A stretch of 22,196 bases of DNA from a virus. The stretch is from positions 160,918 through 183,113 of IMG/VR virus record IMGVR_UViG_3300026549_000035; one strand, given 5' to 3'. Position 1 is the first letter of the stretch, and every line of letters begins with the position of its first letter. The position numbers and the translations under genes are program-made. The notes below the pieces were generated by a model. That model was not told the DNA's origin. It saw only the letters and a list, made by a program, of their open reading frames with translations, and did no database searches. Shown here in pieces: positions 8,742 to 15,459 of this stretch.

Positions 8742-9338
8742 ATGAGTGTATTAGCTGGAATTATGATAGGAATTGGCTGTATGTTGTATTTATAGATTGG
8801 CGGAATCCCAGGAGCTTGTTTATTTTCAGTTGGATTAATGTCAGTTTGTTTATTCAATATGAAATTATTTACGGGTCAGGCGGGAAAACTTGCAACATTA
8901 GAAATAAAACCCTTAAGCCTTTTAAAAATTTGGATTGGAAATTTTATAGGAATTTTTCTTGTTGCGCTAGTAGCCTTGGTGCATCCAAATTATGAAACTA
9001 TGGCGGAAGCCGCAAGAAATATAATGGCTTCTCGAGAAGCTGCAGGCTTTTTTTATTCTTTCGTATTAGGAATCCCTTGCGGTTTATTAATGTATTGTGC
9101 AGTCACCGCAAGAGGTCCGATGCGATTATTTTATATTATGATTTGCGTAGCAGCTTTTATTTTAGGCGGATTTTACCATTGTATTGCTGATTTATTTTAT
9201 ACTTGGTTAGGTGCTGGAAATATGCAATAGTTATGTAATGTTTTATTCGTAACTCTTGGAAATCTTGTAGGATGCAATCTTATCCCTTTAATAAAAATTA
9301 TTCCAAATAAAATTAAGAGGCTCAAAAAGAAAAAATGA
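8742..9338 (+). CDS. FNT-family-like membrane channel homolog, about 198 codons, with two in-frame TAG codons at 8793..8795 and 9228..9230
   Basis: ATG 8742 sits 7 nt after a perfect AAGGAGGTG SD. The frame is open to TGA 9336..9338 except for the two TAG codons. FNT-like segments lie on both sides of each TAG: FSVGLMSVCLFNMKLFTG (compare FocA FSLGLILCVVCGADLFTS), CVAAFILGGFYHCIADLF (compare GFEHSIANMF), and after the second TAG NVLFVTLGNLVGC (compare the FocA C-terminal VTLGNIIGG). Confidence 0.6.
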
Positions 9339-9344
9339 GCCTCT
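9315..9344. terminator. Hairpin between the convergent genes; a weak or bidirectional terminator
   Basis: AAGAGGCTC, a 12-nt A-rich loop, GAGCCTCTT. Confidence 0.4.
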
Positions 9345-9383
9345 TAACACTTGACGATTTGTAACGAAAAATATCGAGAATCG

Positions 9384-9662
9384 TCACGGATTATTTTGAT
9401 AAAATTCTTGTTCGATACGGGTATTTTCTTGTAAAATTCGAGCGTTTATACAATTCTGACAGTAGATATGCACAGTATCATCTTTGACTTCGATTATAGG
9501 AACCAATACCCCATTGCCGCATTTTTCGCAAACAGATATTTCTGTTACACATTTAGAGCAATAGTCTTCTGGATTAATTTTTCCCTGCATTGCAGGAATC
9601 ATAATCTAACAAGTTTTATTTTGAGGTAAATATAATTTGCATTTAGCGCATCGATAAAACAT
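9384..9662 (-). CDS. double zinc-ribbon protein, 92 codons. The true start is ATG 9662 and there is an in-frame TAG at 9608..9606. The track ORF 9384..9602 is only the part after the TAG.
   Basis: Minus strand reads TAAGGGGGTAAAAG ATG TTT TAT CGA TGC GCT AAA TGC ... TGT TAG ATT ATG ATT. The AAGGGGGT SD is 5 nt before the ATG. The N-terminal extension supplies a CAKC pair that complements CSKC, CEKC and CQNC. The track start at 9602 has no SD. Confidence 0.65.
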
Positions 9663-9673
9663 CTTTTACCCCC

Positions 9674-10186
9674 TTATTCAAGATTGACTGAAAATGAATA
9701 ATCTATACTTCCTTCTGGGATATGAATTTCTTGTTCTTGTCTATCTGTAATAAAAAAGAAATTAATAATAGGGTTAGAATTTCTCATTTGCTTTGTTTCG
9801 ATGTAAGCAGTTTCTTTCTTTTCGTCATCATAAAGAGTTGTTTTTTCTGCTTTTACACTATAAAAATCTTTTCCTCCGTCTTTATTTTCAGTAAAATAGT
9901 AATAATATAAATCTGAATCTATATATCCACTACCAATAAAGAAATATCCTGTTGAAAGATTATTATTATCTTTTAAAGCAACAATAGATTCTTTTTTAGT
10001 ATCATAAACTTCATCGGCTTCAAATTCTTGACCTATTAAAAAGGAACCCATTAATATAAAGAGAGTTACTGCAATTGATATTAGGACTCCTGTAAAAATA
10101 TCAGAAGCATATCCTAAATCAGCAAAAATTGCGTAAAGAATACTGCCAATAATAATTAAGATACCTATAATAAAAGCAAACCACAT
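9674..10186 (-). CDS. membrane protein with 2 N-terminal TM helices and an extracytoplasmic domain; tandem paralog of 10201..10719
   Basis: Hydrophobic N-terminus MWFAFIIGILIIIGSILYAIF...VLISIAVTLFILMGSFLIG. Ends in TAA. Confidence 0.6.
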   Translation of the reverse strand: MWFAFIIGILIIIGSILYAIFADLGYASDIFTGVLISIAVTLFILMGSFLIGQEFEADEVYDTKKESIVALKDNNNLSTGYFFIGSGYIDSDLYYYYFTENKDGGKDFYSVKAEKTTLYDDEKKETAYIETKQMRNSNPIINFFFITDRQEQEIHIPEGSIDYSFSVNLE

Positions 10187-10200
10187 AATAAAACCTCCTT

Positions 10201-10719
10201 TTATTCTCCTGTTATTGTTATTCCATATTTTACACTATCTTTTGGAATATAAAAATCATATTTAGTATGTCTAGGTATCCACATTGCAAAGAAATTTTTT
10301 TCTGCTACAAAAACTGTTTCTGTCATATAAGGAGTTTCATCTGTTTCATAAAAATTTACATCAGAACCAATTCCTATGGAAGTAAGATTTTGACCAGAAG
10401 AACTTTTTATATCTTTTTTATTATACCAATAACACTTGTTTGTTTTGTTTTGACCAGCACCTACATAGGCTATTTCATCAGGAGTTGAAATTGAAAAAGG
10501 TAAAAGCTCTACTTCTTCAGTCTTTTCAATTTTCATATTTTCAATTGAATAATGTGTGTCAATTGATGCAGAAATAATTACTCCCATTATTAATAATAAA
10601 CATATAAGACCAAATCCTATAACAATAAGAGAAAGAGCATCTTCATCTTCTTTTGCAAGGAAAAAATAATAAATTATAGTAAGAATAAAGATTATTCCTA
10701 TTAAGATCCACCAGAACAT
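10201..10719 (-). CDS. membrane protein with 2 N-terminal TM helices and a domain; same architecture as 9674..10186
   Basis: MFWWILIGIIFILTIIYYFFL...LIVIGFGLICLLLIMGVIIS. An AAAGGAGG SD is 9 nt upstream. Ends in TAA. Confidence 0.6.
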   Translation of the reverse strand: MFWWILIGIIFILTIIYYFFLAKEDEDALSLIVIGFGLICLLLIMGVIISASIDTHYSIENMKIEKTEEVELLPFSISTPDEIAYVGAGQNKTNKCYWYNKKDIKSSSGQNLTSIGIGSDVNFYETDETPYMTETVFVAEKNFFAMWIPRHTKYDFYIPKDSVKYGITITGE

Positions 10720-10940
10720 TTTTCTTCCTCCTTTAAAATAAGATCTTCTTTTTCAAGACAAGGACCGCCCTCGCCAAGAACACTAAGATTGAGAATTCTA
10801 GTCATTTCAGTATCTCCATACATTTCAACGAGATGCGTCATAACGTCAAGCCAAGATGCGCCATAGGTTATACCTTCCGCAATTATAGGTCCGTCTGTAT
10901 CTGCGTAATATTCTATTTTATAAAAATAAAAAAAGTTCAT
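10701..10940 (-). CDS. hypothetical acidic protein, 79 aa; overlaps the next gene start by 19 nt
   Basis: ORF ending in TAA. Sits in the operon downstream of 11133..11531. Confidence 0.5.
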   Translation of the reverse strand: MNFFYFYKIEYYADTDGPIIAEGITYGASWLDVMTHLVEMYGDTEMTRILNLSVLGEGGPCLEKEDLILKEEEKCSGGS

Positions 10941-10957
10941 ATTATTCTCCTTTGTAA

Positions 10958-11128
10958 TTATTTAATTAAGCAGGTGATAAGACCGCTTAAAATTAAAAAT
11001 GCAAAAATTAAAAAAAGAAAAGTAATAATCCAAAGTACCCAATCTTTTCCCATTACTGCAAGCTCTCCAATAAAATAGGCTGCGACAAAAGAAACAATCA
11101 TTAAAATAGATAAAAAAATTATTAACAT
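10958..11128 (-). CDS. small hydrophobic protein with 2 TM helices, about 56 aa, from ATG 11128
   Basis: MLIIFLSILMIVSFVAAYFIGELAVMGKDWVLWIITFLFLIFAFLILSGLITCLIK. The track start at 11182 would overlap the upstream gene by 50 nt. ATG 11128 lies 4 nt after the upstream TAA and has a weak GAGGT SD. Confidence 0.45.
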   Translation of the reverse strand: MLIIFLSILMIVSFVAAYFIGELAVMGKDWVLWIITFLFLIFAFLILSGLITCLIK

Positions 11129-11132
11129 TATT

Positions 11133-11531
11133 TTAACGTACCTCGAGATTCTTAATGGTATTTTCAAGGGTATTGAGTTCATTTTTTAGCTTTGTTATTT
11201 TTTTAGTAATAGAAATCCAAAGCTCTTTTTTAGAATCGTAATACCAATATCCAATTTCTTTTGGAGTACTACAATTAGAAAGATATCCCATTTCGTCTGC
11301 AAGTTTTATAGCTGCTTCATTACCTACAAAAAGATAATAACAATCTAATAAACCTTGAGTAGCTTTTCCTTCAAAAAGAGTCTCGTCTCCAATGATATTA
11401 TAAGCAAAATCATAAAAGCGCAATTGACCTTTTGCAGCTTCGCGTTTTTTAATATCTTCATATTGAACGCAATCATCATAATCGTCAAAAACAGTGCCAT
11501 CGTCTGCCATATAAGTGATTAACTCTTTCAT
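11133..11531 (-). CDS. hypothetical protein, 132 aa
   Basis: ORF ending in TAA. The C-terminus is coiled-coil-like (KKITKLKNELNTLENTIKNLE). Confidence 0.55.
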   Translation of the reverse strand: MKELITYMADDGTVFDDYDDCVQYEDIKKREAAKGQLRFYDFAYNIIGDETLFEGKATQGLLDCYYLFVGNEAAIKLADEMGYLSNCSTPKEIGYWYYDSKKELWISITKKITKLKNELNTLENTIKNLEVR

Positions 11532-11537
11532 TACTAT

Positions 11538-11912
11538 TTATCTCCTTTTTATAGTAGTTAGTGTTCCGTTAAAAATTTCTCTTTTTGATTCGACAACTTT
11601 ATATGCATCATCATCATCATCAAGTAAATCGTAAATTTCTTCCCACAAATAATTAATAAGAGTAGTTGAAGTGTTAAATAAAGTATTGGTTATGATAATA
11701 TTGTTTAAGTTGTTTTTTGCAAAGTAAAGAACATTTTTATTGACTGCCGCAACAATAGTTTCTTCGTTGATTAATTCTGACCATGGGATATCAGTATTTT
11801 TTTGCATATAGGTTTTAGATTGGTCATTAGGAAAATGTTGTAAGATATATTGTATATCTATTTGATTTTCAATCACTTGTGTTTGCGTTTGGCGCAATTT
11901 AATATATATCAT
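11538..11912 (-). CDS. hypothetical protein, 124 aa
   Basis: ORF ending in TAA. RBS AAAAAAAGGA upstream. Confidence 0.55.
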   Translation of the reverse strand: MIYIKLRQTQTQVIENQIDIQYILQHFPNDQSKTYMQKNTDIPWSELINEETIVAAVNKNVLYFAKNNLNNIIITNTLFNTSTTLINYLWEEIYDLLDDDDDAYKVVESKREIFNGTLTTIKRR

Positions 11913-11921
11913 GATTTTTAT

Positions 11922-12272
11922 TTATCCTTTTTTTTGACAAAGTTCAAAATATGTATCTCCAATTTTTTGTGGTGTTGATTTATACTGACAGTTATGTTCA
12001 TAATCAAGGCAAATATAAGCATTTTTATTATTAGAGCCTTTTATAATACCACATTCCATACAAGTAGACTTTTTATCCTAGTTATCCCAAGAAGAAGTCC
12101 ATTCTTCAACAAGTTCTTTTAAAAGTTCTTGTTCTAATTCAGTTAAACAATAAAAGGGAACCTGTGCCCAAACTTCCTTGTTTTTATTTTCAGATACATT
12201 TTTTTCTATACTATAACAATCATAATTATCATTAAATAAGAGTCTATATTGACCTAAAGTAATAACTTTCAT
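11922..12272 (-). CDS. hypothetical protein. The 64-aa ORF ends at TAG 12080..12078, and the frame stays open for 51 more Cys-containing codons to TAA 11924..11922.
   Basis: The extension reads IKKSTCMECGIIKGSNNKNAYICLDYEHNCQYKSTPQKIGDTYFELCQKKG, which is protein-like and fills the whole intergenic gap up to the next gene's RBS. An alternative is a separate mini-ORF from ATG 12059 with a poor RBS. Confidence 0.45.
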
Positions 12273-12276
12273 ATTA

Positions 12277-12486
12277 TCATTCCTTTTTCTCAGGTTTTCC
12301 CATATTCCATGATTGTCTTGATATAATATTTATCTCACCGTCTAATTTTTCTGAATATTTAAGTTTATTTTTAAAAGCAATAGGTAATTTTTCTTGTAAC
12401 TCTTCTTCAGTTTCCGCAAAAATATATAATTCTTTTATTTGATTTCCCCGAACGGGGGCTTCCGCAAGTATTTGATACAAATTCAT
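12277..12486 (-). CDS. hypothetical protein, 69 aa
   Basis: Strong AAAAAAAAGGAGAGG SD. Ends in TGA. Confidence 0.55.
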   Translation of the reverse strand: MNLYQILAEAPVRGNQIKELYIFAETEEELQEKLPIAFKNKLKYSEKLDGEINIISRQSWNMGKPEKKE

Positions 12487-12586
12487 TTTTTTACCTCTCC
12501 TTTTTTTTCAAATTCTAATCTACTAAATTCAAAAATAGAAATTGTTTAAGCTGACTTATAGGCATATATATTTTTTCTTTTTATCT

Positions 12587-12865
12587 TTATAAATTTTTTT
12601 TTACTTTTTTATATGAATCATAAATATCTAAATCTATTTCTGTTGAGTAATTACTTTTTATTGTTTTATAAATATGTTTTATATAAAGTAAAGTATCTTC
12701 AATATCAATAAAATAAATTTTTGCGGATCCAGACATACTGCCACGTATTTTTACTTGATAACCGTATTTTTTTTCTTTTAACTTAACATATTCTAATCCA
12801 TATCCTTCAACAGCGCCGAAGCCATATGAAAAATGATCTCTTATTAGTCCTAATGTGATTATCAT
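12587..12865 (-). CDS. hypothetical protein, 92 aa
   Basis: AAAGGAAT SD. Ends in TAA. Confidence 0.55.
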   Translation of the reverse strand: MIITLGLIRDHFSYGFGAVEGYGLEYVKLKEKKYGYQVKIRGSMSGSAKIYFIDIEDTLLYIKHIYKTIKSNYSTEIDLDIYDSYKKVKKNL

Positions 12866-12894
12866 ATTATTATTCCTTTTTTGAAAGTTATTTA

Positions 12895-13251
12895 TTATTT
12901 AAAAAATTCAATTTTTTCATATTCTTTATATTTTTTATCAAAATTTTCCTTTACTTCTGGAAAATCGTTAGATATAATAATAAGTATATCGCTTGGAAAA
13001 AAATTAATAATAATATCTTGGTTATTTTTTATAAGGTAGCCGCAATGCACGCCTCGTAGATTTATAATATCTTCATATTCAGTTGGAGAAACTGTAAATT
13101 TAATTTCTCCTATTTCTTTTTCATTACGTTGTAAATTGATAATTAAATTAATTCTTATTCTTTCCCAAAGAGCTTGTTTTAATTCATCATGATATTTTTT
13201 ATTTTCAAGATTTTTATCCCAAAGGATTAGCGGTTTTGGTCTATAATTCAT
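12895..13251 (-). CDS. hypothetical protein, 118 aa; first gene of a long minus-strand operon
   Basis: Class I promoter copy 6 lies immediately upstream. Ends in TAA. Confidence 0.55.
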   Translation of the reverse strand: MNYRPKPLILWDKNLENKKYHDELKQALWERIRINLIINLQRNEKEIGEIKFTVSPTEYEDIINLRGVHCGYLIKNNQDIIINFFPSDILIIISNDFPEVKENFDKKYKEYEKIEFFK

Positions 13252-13288
13252 TATTTTATTTTTCCTTTTTATTATTTTTTCTATATAT

Positions 13289-13317
13289 ATTATAATATAT
13301 TTTTATTAAAAAATCAA
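13289..13317 (-). promoter_or_regulatory. Class I promoter, copy 6; divergent from the plus-strand promoter of the RHH operon
   Basis: Minus strand reads TTGATT (13317..13312), a 17-nt spacer, then TATAAT (13294..13289). Confidence 0.7.
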
Positions 13318-13345
13318 TTGAGAATTTTTTTGTTAAAAAATTTTT

Positions 13346-13373
13346 TTACATTGTAGGACAAAGTTATATAAAT
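13346..13373 (+). promoter_or_regulatory. Candidate plus-strand promoter (TTTACA-16-TATAAA) for the RHH-led operon
   Basis: tttacattgtaggacaaagttatataaa. It contains the half-operator-like TTACATTGTAG. Confidence 0.35.
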
Positions 13374-13418
13374 TATTACAAAGTATTTTTATATATACAT
13401 GAAAGGAAGTGAAAGAAA

Positions 13419-13550
13419 TTGACTACTATTTCAGTTAGAATTGATGACACAGAAAAAAAGAAATTAGAAGAATTTGCCAGAAAAGAAGATTTAACTATGT
13501 CACAAATTATTCGTAAAGCTTTAAAAGAGTATTTAAAAAATAATACATAA
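13419..13550 (+). CDS. ribbon-helix-helix (CopG/Arc/MetJ-like) DNA-binding protein, 43 aa, TTG start
   Basis: The translation TTISVRIDDTEKKKLEEFARKEDLTMSQIIRKALKEYLKNNT has an N-terminal beta-strand followed by two helices. An AAAGGAAG SD is 9 nt before the TTG. It is absent from the ORF track because it is short and uses a TTG start. Confidence 0.55.
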   Translation: MTTISVRIDDTEKKKLEEFARKEDLTMSQIIRKALKEYLKNNT

Positions 13551-13567
13551 GGAGGCTCATAAGCAAA

Positions 13568-13747
13568 ATGCCAATTAACAAAATAATTTATTCAAAAAGA
13601 GTAATGGAGTCTTTAGTTGCTATGGGTAATATACCTCTTAAATCTATGCCTAATCCTTATAAGCCAGAGTTTTAGTGTTGGATTTTTGAAGTTAATGAAA
13701 AATTTTAGAAAGATATAGATAAAATATTAGGTGATAAATATGGTTGA
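13568..13747 (+). CDS. small protein. ATG 13568 sits after a TAAGGAGG SD, 35 codons run to TAG 13673..13675, the frame continues through a second TAG at 13706..13708 to TGA 13745..13747, and it overlaps the next start.
   Basis: MPINKIIYSKRVMESLVAMGNIPLKSMPNPYKPEF then TAG, CWIFEVNEKF then TAG, KDIDKILGDKYG then stop. The read-through text is protein-like and ends in an ATGnnTGA-style overlap with the downstream gene. Confidence 0.4.
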
Positions 13748-14111
13748 GCGCACTTTTATATTTTATCCTGATTGGCTTAATTTTATTGAACGTATTAGTA
13801 ATGAAAAAGATAAATTAGATTTATATGATATTATTGCTTCTTATGGGTGTCATGGAGAATATTCAAATAAAAATCCTATGATGACTGCTGTTTTTGAATC
13901 TTTAATTAAACCTAAAATAGATATTGCGCAAGGTCGTTATGAAGAAAAAATTACTATGGGAAAGAATTATGGACGTAAAAAAATAGTAGATGATAATATG
14001 GTCAAGTAGTTGGCGCAAGAAGGCATGCGCGCAAAAGATATTGCTGAGAAATTAAACGTGTCGGTTGATACGGTTTATCATAGTGATGGATGGAAAAATA
14101 GAAATTTGTAA
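13740..14111 (+). CDS. two-domain DNA-binding protein. An 89-aa N-terminal domain ends at an in-frame TAG (14007..14009) and is followed by a 33-codon sigma70-region-4-like HTH. It is possibly an ArpU/RinA-like regulator or an initiator-like protein.
   Basis: ATG 13740 sits after a TAGGTGAT SD. The frame after the TAG is contiguous and reads LAQEGMRAKDIAEKLNVSVDTVYHSDGWKNRNL, a classic HTH. The internal ATG 14025 is only 1 nt after its AAGAAGG and cannot initiate well. Confidence 0.5.
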
Positions 14112-14262
14112 AAATAGATGTGATTTTTTACAAAAAATATTTGTAAAAATAGATATTGTTTTTACAAAAAATATTTGTAAAAATACAAATTTTATTTGTA
14201 AAAAACAAATTTTTATTTGTAATTTGTAATTTGCTCTATTATCTATTACAAATTACAAATTT
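14101..14262. repeat. Array of TTGTAA/TTACAA half-sites in direct and inverted arrangement, including two 36-bp tandem units TTTGTAAAAATAGAT...TTTTTACAAAAAATA
   Basis: tttgtaaaaatagat appears twice. ttttacaaaaaatatttgtaaaaata appears twice. Also present are tttgtaaaaaacaaat, tttgtaatttgtaattt and attacaaattacaaat. Confidence 0.8.
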
Positions 14263-14281
14263 TCCACTGACGTGGAAAATA
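14262..14281. promoter_or_regulatory. Palindrome TTTTCCAC-N4-GTGGAAAA, a candidate operator
   Basis: ttttccactgacgtggaaaa has 8-bp inverted arms. Confidence 0.4.
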
Positions 14282-14285
14282 TGTT

Positions 14286-14341
14286 AAAGAGTATTTTAAA
14301 AATCCTAGTCGCTTCGCTCCTAGGCTTTTATAAAATACTCT
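14286..14341. repeat. Long imperfect inverted repeat (stem-loop with about 20 bp of stem) followed by a GGGGCTTTTT tract. It may act as a terminator or processing site upstream of 14372..14617.
   Basis: AGAGTATTTTAAAAATCCTAG, loop tcgcttcgctc, CTAGGCTTTTATAAAATACTCT. Confidence 0.5.
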
Positions 14342-14371
14342 AGGGGCTTTTTATGAAAGGAGAAATGAAAA

Positions 14372-14617
14372 ATGAATGATAATATTTTTTCAACAGAAAA
14401 AAATCGTGAAATAAGTGAGCTTCAAGAAAGAATAAAAAGAGATTGGATTTTAAGAGAAACAGACGAAGAAGATGAATATGAGTTAGAAATAGATGAAGAA
14501 GATTTAGAAAATGTTATAGAAGATATTCTTGAAAGACGAGAGAGAAAAAATAGAGAACTCTTAAAAGAGATAGTAGATTTATTAGAAGATATAAAGATAT
14601 ATCTGAGAAGATTATAG
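14372..14617 (+). CDS. highly acidic coiled-coil-like protein, 81 aa. It ends at TAG and is followed 2 codons later by TAA.
   Basis: SD AAAGGAGAAATG. The translation is Glu/Asp-rich: ...EEDEYELEIDEEDLENVIEDILERRERKNRELL. Confidence 0.5.
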   Translation: MNDNIFSTEKNREISELQERIKRDWILRETDEEDEYELEIDEEDLENVIEDILERRERKNRELLKEIVDLLEDIKIYLRRL

Positions 14618-14640
14618 TTTAAATAAAAGGAGGAATTTTT

Positions 14641-14886
14641 ATGGCAGGAATCCCATCAAAAATTGAACCTACTATGAAAGGGAAAAAGTTACCTTTAATA
14701 TAGAGAGTAAAATATCATGAATTAGATAGTTTTCTTAATAGAAAAGATATTGTTAGAGGAGAACTATTTATAGATGAGAACACTGGGGATTTATATGTAG
14801 CAGAAAAAGGCGATGTAGAAACTTATTGGTTAAGATTAGGTAGAACAGATTTAGAAAAAGAAGAACTGGAACAAAACAAAAATCCA
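14641..14886 (+). CDS. hypothetical protein, 81 codons, with an in-frame TAG at 14701..14703. The 61 codons downstream have no ATG, GTG or TTG.
   Basis: AAGGAGG SD 8 nt before ATG 14641. The translation is MAGIPSKIEPTMKGKKLPLI then TAG, then RVKYHELDSFLNRKDIVRGELFIDENTGDLYVAEKGDVETYWLRLGRTDLEKEELEQNKNPFLN then TGA. Confidence 0.5.
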
Positions 14887-15013
14887 TTTTTAAATTGAAA
14901 TTAAAATAAAAATGTGATATTATATAAATAATAAAAAAGGGCTTTTATAAAAATGAATTGAAAATTCATTTTTATAAAAGAAAAATGAAATGAAAAATGA
15001 GGAAGGTAGAAAT

Positions 15014-15412
15014 ATGAATTATTATTATGAGTCAGGTCATATAGGAAATTATAAAGGACATCAAGTTTGGATAATTGATTATAGTAATTTTTATAGAGAA
15101 GATACTATTGATAGTGATGATATTTGGGCAGTAAGAACAGGACCAAATCAAAGTATTAAATTAGTATTAAAAGGATATGAATTTGGTCAAATGAGTCATA
15201 GTGGAGAAGTGTCTTTATATAGAAAAGAGAAGCCTTTTAACTTTTACCATAGAAGAGAAGAAAAGGAAGTTAAAAAAACTCCGGTAGTAGTAGAAGTAAA
15301 AGAGGAGCCTTTAGAAATTAATTATAGTGATTATACTCAACCAGTAGATATGTTTTTTAAGAATCTAAAAGAGTGGTGGAAAGATTTAGATAAGGAGCTT
15401 AAATCAATATAA
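15014..15412 (+). CDS. hypothetical protein, 132 aa. The second ATG, with a GAGGAAGG SD, is preferred over the track start at 14990.
   Basis: MNYYYESGHIGNYKGHQVW... Ends in TAA. Confidence 0.5.
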   Translation: MNYYYESGHIGNYKGHQVWIIDYSNFYREDTIDSDDIWAVRTGPNQSIKLVLKGYEFGQMSHSGEVSLYRKEKPFNFYHRREEKEVKKTPVVVEVKEEPLEINYSDYTQPVDMFFKNLKEWWKDLDKELKSI

Positions 15413-15459
15413 GATAGGTATTCTACCTATTTTATATAGGGTACAGGTTTTATATAGAA

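Noticed and set aside
11922-12059. Independent mini-gene MECGIIKG... starting at ATG 12059
   Set aside because: This is not fully rejected. It has only a weak, distant GGAT SD, whereas the same frame is contiguous with the upstream gene across TAG 12080. Given the other TAG read-throughs I favour an extension, but I kept it as an alternative.
13731-14009. GTG 13731 start given by the ORF track
   Set aside because: ATG 13740 sits 4 nt after TAGGTGAT, whereas the GTG lies inside that SD-like sequence, so the ATG start is preferred.
14101-14262. CRISPR array
   Set aside because: The repeats are short AT-rich half-sites, direct and inverted, with irregular 5 to 20 bp spacing and no unique spacers of regular length. 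This is iteron or operator-like rather than CRISPR.
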